Below, piece by piece: positions 43,490 to 53,330 of a stretch of DNA of 64,000 bases (position 1 is its first letter; each line of letters opens with the position of its first letter). This DNA comes from Desulfurococcales archaeon (lineage in GTDB: Archaea > Thermoproteota > Thermoprotei_A > Sulfolobales > Desulfurococcaceae), in the NCBI GenBank assembly GCA_027022365.1, contig JALVYU010000011.1, positions 99,742 through 163,741 of the forward strand. Direction: 5' to 3'. The notes below the pieces were generated by a model. That model saw only the letters and a program-made list of their open reading frames with translations, was not told the origin of the DNA and did not search any database. A program made the translations under genes and the position numbers.

Positions 43490-44527
43490 ATGCTCAGGCC
43501 TCCTGCTCCTGTGTCCAGATATAATATATTAGATGTAGCTCCAGTAAATATTAGGGGACTGGATCACCTGGTGCCATGGAGCATGCCGGAGAAAATACTA
43601 GTGACGGGCGGGGCGGGCTTTATAGGTAGCTGGACGGTCGAGCTACTAGTTAGGGAGGGCTACCGTGTCGTTGTCCTCGATAATTTCTCGACGGGTAGTC
43701 CAGGAAACCTGGCCCGTGTCCTCGACAGGATCAAGGTTGTGAAGGGAGATATAAGAAATCATATCCTCCTAGACGAGATCATTAAGCGCTACGAGATAGA
43801 CTCGATAATACATCTCGCAGCACTGGTCAGCGTAGAAGAAGCCACGAGGAACCCCGGCGAAGCCGTAAGAATAAATGTTAATGGAACCCACAACGTGCTG
43901 GAGACCGCTAGGAAGCATGACCTCGAGAGAATAGTCTATGCATCAAGCGCCGCTGTCTACGGAGACCCAAAATACCTCCCAATAGATGAGGATCACCCCC
44001 TCAACCCTAAGAACATATATGGCGCAACCAAGCTCGGCGGGGAAGCCCTGGTCAACGCCTACCACGATAACTACGGATTATCAACAATAAGCCTAAGATA
44101 CTTCAACGTATATGGTCCCAGAATGAGGTCTGGGCCATATGCGGGCGTGATAATGAGCTTCATCCAGAGAATATTGCAGGGCAAGCCGCCAGTAATATAT
44201 GGTGATGGGCACCAGACGAGGGACTTCATATACGTAGAGGACGTGGCCGCGGCAAACCTATTAGCGCTGAGATCGAAGACTACGGGATCATACAATGTTG
44301 GGACCGGTAGAGAGGTGAGTATAAGGGAGTTGCTGAGGATCATTTGTGAGGAAATAGGTAGAGACATTAAACCTGCCTATGCGGAGCCGAGGCCGGGCGA
44401 TATAAGGAGGAGCGTGGCGTCGATAAACAGATCAGCAACGGATCTCGGATTCAAGCCTAGAACAAGCCTCAGACAAGGCCTGAAGAATACCATATCATAT
44501 CTTATCAAGAATCCGCCTTTTTCCTAG
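43490..44527 (+). CDS. NAD-dependent nucleotide-sugar epimerase/dehydratase (GalE-like)
   Basis: VTGGAGFIGS, SSAAVYG, YGATK, LRYFNVYGP; true start probably about 43570-43583. Confidence 0.92.
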   Translation: MLRPPAPVSRYNILDVAPVNIRGLDHLVPWSMPEKILVTGGAGFIGSWTVELLVREGYRVVVLDNFSTGSPGNLARVLDRIKVVKGDIRNHILLDEIIKRYEIDSIIHLAALVSVEEATRNPGEAVRINVNGTHNVLETARKHDLERIVYASSAAVYGDPKYLPIDEDHPLNPKNIYGATKLGGEALVNAYHDNYGLSTISLRYFNVYGPRMRSGPYAGVIMSFIQRILQGKPPVIYGDGHQTRDFIYVEDVAAANLLALRSKTTGSYNVGTGREVSIRELLRIICEEIGRDIKPAYAEPRPGDIRRSVASINRSATDLGFKPRTSLRQGLKNTISYLIKNPPFS

Positions 44528-45489
44528 GAGTAGCTTATATACTAGCGAGAACCTATTATACAGAGCGCGATCACAATACATTACCGCCCTAGGCCTAAAA
44601 ACAAATGTCTCTCTCAACTCACGGAATTCTTTAAAGCATGGATGATCAATCCATCCACGTTCCCCCAAGCATTCACCATGATCGGTTGTGATCACTATCT
44701 CATCTAGATCAACATCCAAATGATCCGAAATAAATCGAATTAGTGTCGACACTATCCTTAGAATATAGATTAGGTTTCTCGCGTAAGCGATAGGAAGCTC
44801 CTTAAGCCCAAACTGTCTCCTAAAAGCATCTGTAGGCAGAAGTGGTAGGAAATTGAATATATCCCTTAGTCTAAATGCATATAAGTTGGGTAATCCCATC
44901 ATTATTAGTCGTCTTTCAACAACTTTATAGAATTTGAATAGCACTTTCTTAAAGCCCTGAGGACTCAAATAGTACGATGGATTCTTTGCCCATCGAATAG
45001 GGTCTTTTGGATATTGTTTGTAATTATGACCAAGTAATTATAACCAATATAAGGGGCATGGGGCTGTAAATAATGGATCACATATCTATAATTGCCGCCT
45101 CTTCAGATATATGTTTTAATAAAGGATTCCGTGAGGCATATGGGGTCTGCTGTGCCAGGATATGACCAGCAAGAATTAAACCCATTGACGATATTGTTTT
45201 TGGGAATAAATTCATTAGCACAAAAACGGCGTCCTCTCAGTTCGAAACAAATATTTCTATTGACATATTGATTCCCCGATATATACACTAAGTCAACCAT
45301 AGAACGATTTATAGTATTAATAAGCCATTCAAGTGTACATGATCCAAGACTTCTTATATGATGTATTGTGCCTCTCATAAATTTAGAAATAAAATGTTGG
45401 AAATAATCTCTTCTACAGGCGTCAATAATAATCGATATTTTCCAGCTTATATCTAAAAATATATTGTTAGTTTTTGATATATTGTCCAA
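44495..45489 (-). pseudogene. Sulfatase/AlkP-superfamily pseudogene
   Basis: IIIDACRRD N-terminus. The in-frame TGA at 45103-45105 is followed by IHYLQPHAPYIG, then a frameshift, then the ITTDHGECLGE..IDHP C-terminus. Confidence 0.75.
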
Positions 45490-45523
45490 ACATTGTTCAC
45501 CTTAATACCGGGTAATCAGTTCA

Positions 45524-47077
45524 TCATTTGCTTTTACTTATCGAAGTAAATAAGAATGTGCTTCGATGATTTTTTACTCCGGAAGACTCGATCGTAGCGA
45601 TTCTTCTGAAGAGTCTCCACGCTCTAACGTAGTCTTTAAAGCCTCTGTTCTTCCGGCCAACGATCTTCTCAGCTAACTCTATAGAATCTGCGTGGTTTGA
45701 TAATGGCTGGTTTAGGAGCAACATTATTATATTTGCTACTACGTGGTTCGGTACTATATTGGCGCCGGCTTCTCTACTTGTTTCTTCGATTGGTCCTGAT
45801 AGAATAAATATTCCTATGGGGTGATGATTGTTTACTTCTTTTCTCCTATAAACGATGTTGGTGATCTTATTTTTGCCTAGGCAGTACCCTGAATCATAGT
45901 CGGGAAATACTAGCAGATCGGGTGCCCGTCCAATATATGGTCCGTCATAGATTTTGGTTGAATCTCTAACCTCTGCTATCCCCTCTAGCGTCTTTAGCTC
46001 GCTAACAAGTCTTTCCTTGACCAACGTATCATTTAATATGATCCCGTGAGAATATGTCGATAATAAAAATGCCTTCGATGCCCCGACATCAACGTTGTAT
46101 TCAGCAGTGCGGATTTTCTTTCCTGTTATTTTTTCGATGAGATTTTTTATAGGCGGGATCATCTTAGAGAACAACTTATTATTAGCTATTCTTAGCACCA
46201 ACCTGTTACTAATGCCCAAATAATCCTTGTTTTCTCCGTGCTCCCAGAACTCCTGTAGTCCTTTACCCTCTTTATCCTCGACGGCGTATCCTCGTCTAAA
46301 TAAGAAGCTATTGATGTTTATGATTGTATGATAATGTGCGAACCCATGATCGGATACTATTACGAGGTAGTCTGATTCCCTGAGCATCATCTTGACAATT
46401 CGATCTATTTTCCCAAATATGTTGTCTTCAAAATAATATTGTTTTTCAAACACCCATTTCTCGTCGAATTTATGGAGTATGGCGTCTGGATAATGCAGGT
46501 TTAACCAAAACAGGTTCCAGTCAAACCTATCTATTAGTGATTCTACTAATGCCAAGTAATCATCGAGCGTGTTAGCCACGTTTTCAAGATACTCTTCCCT
46601 TGTACTCGAGCGATAACTGTGTTCGCTGAGTAGTTTTGCATATTTCCCGATGTGCTCAGGATACCAGACGAGACGTGGTGTGAAGAACATGTGCGATATG
46701 ATGAGCGTGTTTTTAACGGGTATCAAGGGATACGAGGGGATAGGATTGATCACTATGGATTTCAGCCCGTTTATTCCCAGCATCTCGTGTACGCGTGGGT
46801 GCTCCAGATGTAAGGCGCTGGTCAGATAGGTTCTTCCCGTCGCCTTGTCATAGTGCTGGAACCCGTATATTCCGTGTTTTCCCGGGTTAACCCCGGACAT
46901 TATGCTGGACCATGATGGAGGAGTACAGGGTGGGAACGCGTATAATTTAAAGTAGCCGTGTTTGCCAACTATCTGTTTTATTGTTGGAACGAACCCGTAA
47001 CTCAGTATCTTTTCTAAGTATTTTGGGCTACATCCATCAAGCCCTATCACGGCGATTTTTGGTGGGTTCTTCATCAT
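45524..47077 (-). CDS. Alkaline-phosphatase-superfamily (type I phosphodiesterase/nucleotide pyrophosphatase) protein
   Basis: IGLDG, PPCTPPSWSSIMSGVNPGKHGIYGF, IVSDHGF, APDL, HHPIGIF. Confidence 0.88.
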   Translation of the reverse strand: MMKNPPKIAVIGLDGCSPKYLEKILSYGFVPTIKQIVGKHGYFKLYAFPPCTPPSWSSIMSGVNPGKHGIYGFQHYDKATGRTYLTSALHLEHPRVHEMLGINGLKSIVINPIPSYPLIPVKNTLIISHMFFTPRLVWYPEHIGKYAKLLSEHSYRSSTREEYLENVANTLDDYLALVESLIDRFDWNLFWLNLHYPDAILHKFDEKWVFEKQYYFEDNIFGKIDRIVKMMLRESDYLVIVSDHGFAHYHTIININSFLFRRGYAVEDKEGKGLQEFWEHGENKDYLGISNRLVLRIANNKLFSKMIPPIKNLIEKITGKKIRTAEYNVDVGASKAFLLSTYSHGIILNDTLVKERLVSELKTLEGIAEVRDSTKIYDGPYIGRAPDLLVFPDYDSGYCLGKNKITNIVYRRKEVNNHHPIGIFILSGPIEETSREAGANIVPNHVVANIIMLLLNQPLSNHADSIELAEKIVGRKNRGFKDYVRAWRLFRRIATIESSGVKNHRSTFLFTSISKSK

Positions 47078-47162
47078 GGTTCATCCAAGACTCTGAATGC
47101 TTCAGTATCGGGAATAAAAAATACTAGGCATTAATAATAATTGGACGAGAATCTTAAACAAG

Positions 47163-48107
47163 TTGCTGTTACGGAGGAACAATGACTTGGACACTGTTTT
47201 CACGCTTAGAAAAATACTGGGTAGACGTGGAATAACCTTTGCTAGGAGGATCTGCGCATCTATCTATAGAGCTTTAGGGATTCAAAGACCACCATCTGCT
47301 TATAGGCCACTAGGAGTTAGCGCTTTAATTGTTTCTTATAACGAGGAGGACTGGATTGAGGAATCTATGGAGAGCATCTCTGATCTCGTTGATGAATATG
47401 TAGTTGTGGACTCATCAACCGATTCAACGCCGGAAAAAGCTCGGAGGACCGCTAAAAGGCTGGACAAGCCCTTAAAGCTGATCAGAAGACCTCCTGGGGA
47501 TCTCGCCGAGCTAAGAAATATCGGCCTCCATAATACTAGTTATCGATGGATAATGGTATGGGATCCGGACTTCATACTGCATGAAAAATATGTGGAGTAC
47601 CTTAAAAGGATCATTTATGATCTTTCACGTAATGACTGGTATTATGCTCTTTATTGGCCACATGTCTGTCTCGACATAGATACTAGACACTATGACCCTA
47701 AAAACTACTTGCAGACCGAGCACTGGATATACACATATCACCCCACTCTGAAATACAAAACAATTAATCATCTAGAACGCCTAGTGCTCCCCCTTTACTA
47801 TATCCGTATAGATATTGAAAAACCGCTATCATTTCACCTAAGAACAGTGAAAAAACCAGTTAGACTACTCTATAGACACTACTGGTACAAAGCATTATGG
47901 TCCGGCCTAGTAGGTAGGATCAACCTGGACGAATACATAAGGGAGAATATCGTAAAGGATTTCCACACATCGTCCATAGAAGAAGCGGCTATGAAATTTG
48001 TTGCGGGGAAGTTGGCTAGTCTCGCGGAATACAGAGGGTCGCCTCTTCCATATTCTAAATATATACTGAGAAAACGCGAAATAAACAGCAAAAACATGGT
48101 ACGATAA
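47163..48107 (+). CDS. Glycosyltransferase family 2
   Basis: SYNEE, VVDSSTDST, RNIGL, WDPD. Confidence 0.88.
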   Translation: MLLRRNNDLDTVFTLRKILGRRGITFARRICASIYRALGIQRPPSAYRPLGVSALIVSYNEEDWIEESMESISDLVDEYVVVDSSTDSTPEKARRTAKRLDKPLKLIRRPPGDLAELRNIGLHNTSYRWIMVWDPDFILHEKYVEYLKRIIYDLSRNDWYYALYWPHVCLDIDTRHYDPKNYLQTEHWIYTYHPTLKYKTINHLERLVLPLYYIRIDIEKPLSFHLRTVKKPVRLLYRHYWYKALWSGLVGRINLDEYIRENIVKDFHTSSIEEAAMKFVAGKLASLAEYRGSPLPYSKYILRKREINSKNMVR

Positions 48108-48146
48108 ACTTCTTTGAATTGTAAACAGCTTCCGCTGTATTGTCTT

Positions 48147-48365
48147 CTAGTCTATATATCCTAGTGCTCTTAGTCTTTCCTTTACTTTTTCTTCATCTTC
48201 TTCGGTGAGCTCTGCCGGTTCTTCTTCGCCTAGTAGTTGTTCTAGGACGAATACTATGAACTCGTCTATTGTGCAGAATCCTGCTTCTTCTGCTTTTGCC
48301 TGGGCTTCCCTATAGAGTTTTTCAGGTAGCTTTATCTTGATCTCGACTATTTTCTCTCCTGTCAT
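48147..48365 (-). CDS. CopG/RHH-like small protein
   Basis: IKIKLPEKLY..GFCTIDEFIVFVL plus tail EEDEEKVKERLRALGYID. Confidence 0.82.
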   Translation of the reverse strand: MTGEKIVEIKIKLPEKLYREAQAKAEEAGFCTIDEFIVFVLEQLLGEEEPAELTEEDEEKVKERLRALGYID

Positions 48366-48379
48366 CTTTTTTCACCAGC

Positions 48380-48763
48380 TTATTTCTTATCGATATAGAT
48401 TATTTCTGGTCTCGGTTCTTCCCCGACTACTTCCCGGTATAGGTCTGGCTTCTCCCTTATCTTGCGGAGTATATCATCTATTGTCCGCATTAGTTTTATG
48501 CGGTTGTTCTCGACAAGGCATTTAGCCACCTCCTTGATCAGACCGTAGATCTCTGGGTCTTTCTTCAAGGCTGTAGCTCCGCGTCCCCCGCGTCTGCTGG
48601 ATATGTAGTGGCTTATTGCTGGTTGGCTGACGCCGAGTAGTTCGGCTGCCTTGACCTGCGTCAGCCCGTATTCTTTGATCAGTATCTCTGCCACGACGCA
48701 GCGGATCGCGGGCAGTATCTTCTTTGCTACTATCTCGTACCAGGTAATCAGGGTCAAAACCAT
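48380..48763 (-). CDS. XRE-family HTH transcriptional regulator (COG2522-like)
   Basis: LPAIRCVVAEIL, TQVKAAELLGVSQPAISHY..RRG. Confidence 0.85.
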   Translation of the reverse strand: MVLTLITWYEIVAKKILPAIRCVVAEILIKEYGLTQVKAAELLGVSQPAISHYISSRRGGRGATALKKDPEIYGLIKEVAKCLVENNRIKLMRTIDDILRKIREKPDLYREVVGEEPRPEIIYIDKK

Positions 48764-48890
48764 ACCACCATGTAAGCACTGGTCATTGATCGTATTTGCT
48801 GGTTTGTCTATATATTGTTATCTTTCAGATCATTAAAACAACTACGTATTAGTACCGTCAAACCACAGATATAGTTCATAGGAGAGAGAC

Positions 48891-49496
48891 ATGATTGAAG
48901 AACCCCTTAACCTCAGCCACTATAGGTGCAGGTGCATTTATTCACGACGGCCAGGCCTCCCTATAGTGTTTCTCCACGGATACAACTATACGAGCTATGT
49001 GTGGCGAGACATAGGGCTCTTACAGAGACTCGATGAGGAGAAAATCCCCTATCTAGCCTTAGACATGCCCTATGGAGCTAGAAGCATGTGTAGCCCTAGG
49101 ACAAGGGATCCGGAGGAAAACGTCGAGATACTCGCCACCGCCATCAAGGGATTATATGGGGGCGCGGCGCCCCTACTGGTTGGGGCAAGCCTGGGCGGAT
49201 ACATAGCGCTCAGATACGCGGTCAGGAGACCTGTCTCCGGGCTCCTACTTATTGCTCCTGTTAAGGCGCTCGAGGAAGAACTGGTCTCTCGATACGATGA
49301 CATGGTTGTCCCAACAATGATCATATGGGGTAGCAGGGATCGAGTGGTATCGAGGGAAGAGATGGTGAGGCTTGCTGAACACCTTGACGCCAGACTAATA
49401 ATATATGAGGAGGCCCGGCATGCGGCCTACCTAGACTACCCCGAGAGGTTCGCGAAAGACCTAATAGCGTTCTACAGGGCACTGCATCTCCGCTAA
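48891..49496 (+). CDS. Alpha/beta hydrolase (ABHD14-like)
   Basis: FLHG, GASLGG nucleophile elbow, WGSRD, ARHAAYLD. Confidence 0.9.
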   Translation: MIEEPLNLSHYRCRCIYSRRPGLPIVFLHGYNYTSYVWRDIGLLQRLDEEKIPYLALDMPYGARSMCSPRTRDPEENVEILATAIKGLYGGAAPLLVGASLGGYIALRYAVRRPVSGLLLIAPVKALEEELVSRYDDMVVPTMIIWGSRDRVVSREEMVRLAEHLDARLIIYEEARHAAYLDYPERFAKDLIAFYRALHLR

Positions 49497-49573
49497 ACCA
49501 AAACGTCTTTTTACATTTTTCATGGTGAGATATTATCTCATGGATAAATGAATGTTTCATCGGGTGATCAGTT

Positions 49574-50575
49574 ATCAAGATCTATATAGGCGTAGACATA
49601 GGGGCAACCCATACCCGCGTAGCGGTAAGCGATGGGAAAACCCTTCTCGATAAACGTGATTTTCCGACACCTAGGCAGGGGCCTCCAGAATCGGTGGCTA
49701 ATACCATCTATGAGAACATAATAGGGCTTGTCGGAGAAGACGCGGATATAGTTGCAGTGGGAATAGGAACAATAGGTCCTCTTGACATCAGGCGGGGCAT
49801 AGTAGTCAATACCCCTAATCTCCCATTACGCACATTTCCCTTGAAACAACCCCTCGAGGAGAAACTTGGTGTGCCCGTATACGTCATAAATGATGCCGAG
49901 GCGGTTGCCTGGGGAGAAAAATTATTCGGAGCAGGGAAGGAGGCGGAGAACCTGGTATACCTAACCATAAGTACGGGTATAGGGGCAGGAGTGATCGTTG
50001 ATGGGAGGCTTATCCTGGGCAAAGACGGGAACGCCCACGAAGTAGGCCACATGGTCATAGACTTATCGGACGGCCTACCCTGCAAATGTGGTGGGAGAGG
50101 ACACTGGGAAGCATATGCGAGCGGGTCCAACATCCCCAGGTACGCGGCATGGCTAGCGCGGAGGAAGAGCCCGACACGCTTCGGCGACAGCAAAGCATAC
50201 CTATTAGCCCTGCAAGGCAAGCTCGACGCACCAACACTCTACAGGCTAGCAAGAGAACACGACCGGTTCGCCGAATACATGGTCCACAAGCTCAACAAGA
50301 TACATGCGGCGGGAATAGCCAATATAGCGAACGTCTACGACCCAGAAATAATAACGATAGGGGGAAGCGTGTTCCTCCACAACATAGACCTGATGCTCAA
50401 CGAAATAGTAGAACTGGCCCGGGAAAACATGATAGTAAAACCCCCAGAAATCAGGCCAACACCACTAGGATTCGACGCAGGACTCTACGGCGCAATAGCA
50501 ATAGCAGTAAAACCACCCGAAGCCCTAGTAAAGATTCAGAAAGCAACGATTAGACAAGACAATGCCACAAATTAG
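49574..50575 (+). CDS. ROK-family sugar kinase (ATP-glucokinase-like)
   Basis: In-frame IGVDIGATHTR lies upstream of the ORF-track start 49694. INDA, ISTGIGAG, EVGH, CKCGGRGHWE zinc site. Start codon appears non-canonical. Confidence 0.88.
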   Translation: MKIYIGVDIGATHTRVAVSDGKTLLDKRDFPTPRQGPPESVANTIYENIIGLVGEDADIVAVGIGTIGPLDIRRGIVVNTPNLPLRTFPLKQPLEEKLGVPVYVINDAEAVAWGEKLFGAGKEAENLVYLTISTGIGAGVIVDGRLILGKDGNAHEVGHMVIDLSDGLPCKCGGRGHWEAYASGSNIPRYAAWLARRKSPTRFGDSKAYLLALQGKLDAPTLYRLAREHDRFAEYMVHKLNKIHAAGIANIANVYDPEIITIGGSVFLHNIDLMLNEIVELARENMIVKPPEIRPTPLGFDAGLYGAIAIAVKPPEALVKIQKATIRQDNATN

Positions 50576-50826
50576 AGAGTATACCGACAACCAAGTAGGC
50601 TTATCGATTACTCACTCTTTTTCAAAAGCCTTCGGGAACCCCACTATTCCCGATATTCTAGGGGATTAGAGAAGCATGCATAGATAAGAACACCCCCGTG
50701 CGCGCCTAGCTATAAATCCATGAACAACAATAATAGATCGGCTCGATCTACGTTGATCACTTAATAATTTCCGCACCAAGAAATAAACCATGCTTTGATA
50801 AGACTATATAGGGCTCCGCATGAAAG

Positions 50827-50902
<76 letters not shown>

Positions 50903-50967
50903 ACCATGTAAACAGTTCTAGTAGTCTGGCTCTTTATTATGTTTTCTCCACAACCCATAATCCCTGG

Positions 50968-52578
50968 CTAATCATATTGTGTGTTAGGCACGTTCTTGTG
51001 GACAGCAACTACGGGGGCATTGCTCCCTTTTAGATGCCGCATTACCAGGCGTACCTGTCCCCTTGAACCCTGTATTGTTACTGGAGCGAACAGGCTCGCC
51101 ACGTAGGTCAGTAGGCTTGCCGCTATGCTCACATAGAATTTGCCGTAGATGCTATCGGTTCCGAGCGGTTTATCGCTGTGACCAATATAGGCGCAGGCGA
51201 CCTTGCCGCGGCAGACGTTGAGGGTTTGCCATGCAGTGTAGGCTTTACGGTCGGCGGTTATGAGGAGTATGCGTGGCTCATTGAGGTTGGGGGCTTCGAC
51301 GGCTATGGCTGCTTCGCATGGCTGTGCCGTCGCGGCGAGGCATTTCGCGTCGTAATAATATTTTGTCTCGAGCAAACACCTGTTGGCCAGGAGTGCGAGA
51401 GTATAGGGTATCCTCTGCTGTATTCCCGCATCCGGATCGGTCTCGGCGACCTTGCCGTTTATCTCGGCCTCGGCGCACCGCGGAATATAGATTGCCAGCC
51501 CCCTTATAGGGGCCCAGGGGTTTCCGGAGCGTATGCTTGCCTTGAGCAAAGCCATGTTGAGGCCCTGATAGAACAAGTTGGTGTCGGGAATCAATGCTAG
51601 CCTACCGGTCTTATCGCTAACGTACCTAAGTAGGACGCGGTGGAGCTTCTCCCCAACATTATCAAACCAGCCACTGCTGGCGGACTCCTTGATAATCAGG
51701 TCTGCTGCTCCTACATATCGCTGGAGCTGCATAAGCATCCTGTCAAGGCTTTGCCTATCCTGGTAGATAGGCTCGAGTACATCTGCTATCTTCTTCCAAG
51801 CACTATAGATCATGCTCGCCGTGTCCTCGTCCGGGCCCCCCAACTCGTCTATGCTGAAGAGCTTAGCCCTCTTAGAGCTACTGGTCAGAGAACTTATCCA
51901 TGCTTCCAGCTTATAGCCCTTCGATACGTGTTTACGTACACCCATACTAACTGTCTCCCTACACCCACAGCTGGTGAGGCTGTTGAAGATCTTCGCTACG
52001 CCAATATATATTCCACGGGTCCCCCTCCACTCGATGATCCGGGGATACTCCTCCACTAATGGCTCATCGTAGCCACTTATGTCCTCCCCCATAACATATA
52101 CCCGGTGAAGCCACCGGGGGCTCCCGGGATAAGCCGGTATGCCGTACATTGGTATGGTGTTGACGACTGTGTAGATAGTTTTTCCCCGTAGTTCGTGGGA
52201 CGAGACATATATTATTGATGCCGCCGTACTACCGCTAGCCCCTGTCAGGTCAATTATTATCTTCTTATCATCCAGAGAATCTATGAGTCTTTTAAACCTA
52301 ATAGCAGTGTCAAACACGTTGTCGTTGATCACATGCCCCCCATAGTGATAGTCAACTATAATCCTCAGATCCATACTCCTGACATGATTTATCCCATCTT
52401 CGATAAAAGGCTTGGCGTGCATGTCTGTGATCAGCACAAAATCCCGGATGCCAAGCTCTTCGCTTATCCTCCCAAGAATAGTTGGTGCAAGCCAGGGATG
52501 TTTATCGAGAACAACTATGCCTACACGATCACCGGTTATTGACTCCCTTATCTTATCGAGAAGCTCCTCGCTCACCAA
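50968..52578 (-). CDS. Putative CARF-like plus PIN-domain protein
   Basis: N-terminal Rossmann-like region with IIIDLTGAS; C-terminal LIPDTNLFY...EAEI...LITADR PIN-like acidic residues. Confidence 0.6.
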   Translation of the reverse strand: MVSEELLDKIRESITGDRVGIVVLDKHPWLAPTILGRISEELGIRDFVLITDMHAKPFIEDGINHVRSMDLRIIVDYHYGGHVINDNVFDTAIRFKRLIDSLDDKKIIIDLTGASGSTAASIIYVSSHELRGKTIYTVVNTIPMYGIPAYPGSPRWLHRVYVMGEDISGYDEPLVEEYPRIIEWRGTRGIYIGVAKIFNSLTSCGCRETVSMGVRKHVSKGYKLEAWISSLTSSSKRAKLFSIDELGGPDEDTASMIYSAWKKIADVLEPIYQDRQSLDRMLMQLQRYVGAADLIIKESASSGWFDNVGEKLHRVLLRYVSDKTGRLALIPDTNLFYQGLNMALLKASIRSGNPWAPIRGLAIYIPRCAEAEINGKVAETDPDAGIQQRIPYTLALLANRCLLETKYYYDAKCLAATAQPCEAAIAVEAPNLNEPRILLITADRKAYTAWQTLNVCRGKVACAYIGHSDKPLGTDSIYGKFYVSIAASLLTYVASLFAPVTIQGSRGQVRLVMRHLKGSNAPVVAVHKNVPNTQYD

Positions 52579-52748
52579 AACAAAACACCAAAACCAAATA
52601 CTTCATCATATTTCTTCTATCGAATCATTATAATTGGTATGGAACATTATAAAATGGATGCTACCAGTACGTTTTTCTCTCCATAGTTTTCCTACATCAC
52701 CTATAAAAATCGTTGGACAAAACCATGGTATCAAGGGTGTTTTAAGTA

Positions 52749-53330
52749 TTGGAAACAATTAACCCGCAAATAATAAAGAGTAAGGCCGAGGCGAAAATAA
52801 TCGATCTCTACAGAGTAATGAACTGCACTATCTGGCTCATGGACTCAAGCAGCAGGATCTATGGCAGGCTATCAGACGATATAGCATTACCCTACAGTAG
52901 GACACTAAATGTAGTATCCGAGGAGACGAAAAACAGTGCAGAGCTCCTCAAAATCCTTCTTGACGACTTACTCCACATGCAATATAATGGTTCATCCTGC
53001 CGAAACATACTGGAAAACAAAGGACTAGTCACAACTACACTGATCCTGCTAGACAGGATAATCGATCCAGAAAAGATAACTATTGAGGAAGCCCTATGGA
53101 TGCTCCAGCAAATGCTGGGTCTCGAGGGAAGCATGGGTGTCGATAGGTATGTCTCCGAGATCCTGCCAAGCATAAAGGCATCTCTAAGACTCCTAGACAG
53201 CAGACGGACAGCTTACTGGGAAGCAGTACTAGATTATATCGCCTCTAAGCATGAAAACCATTTAGTGGTACTGGCCGAAACCTACCGCCTACTTATGGAT
53301 GACCTGCTGTCTTTGTGGAGGCCGGATTAA
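52749..53330 (+). CDS. Hypothetical protein, ferritin-like helical bundle
   Basis: Helical pattern with LNVVSEETKNS and LDYIASKHENH at ExxH-like positions (degenerate). Confidence 0.55.
   Translation: METINPQIIKSKAEAKIIDLYRVMNCTIWLMDSSSRIYGRLSDDIALPYSRTLNVVSEETKNSAELLKILLDDLLHMQYNGSSCRNILENKGLVTTTLILLDRIIDPEKITIEEALWMLQQMLGLEGSMGVDRYVSEILPSIKASLRLLDSRRTAYWEAVLDYIASKHENHLVVLAETYRLLMDDLLSLWRPD

Noticed and set aside
45103-45105. Selenocysteine readthrough of the in-frame TGA
   Set aside because: The position is not a catalytic Cys site, a frameshift follows downstream, and no SECIS is evident. A pseudogene is the simpler explanation.
50576-50826. Integrated element/att site at the tRNA-Ala 3' end
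   Set aside because: I found no duplicate of the tRNA 3' end and no integrase in the window, and the flanking ROK gene is housekeeping.
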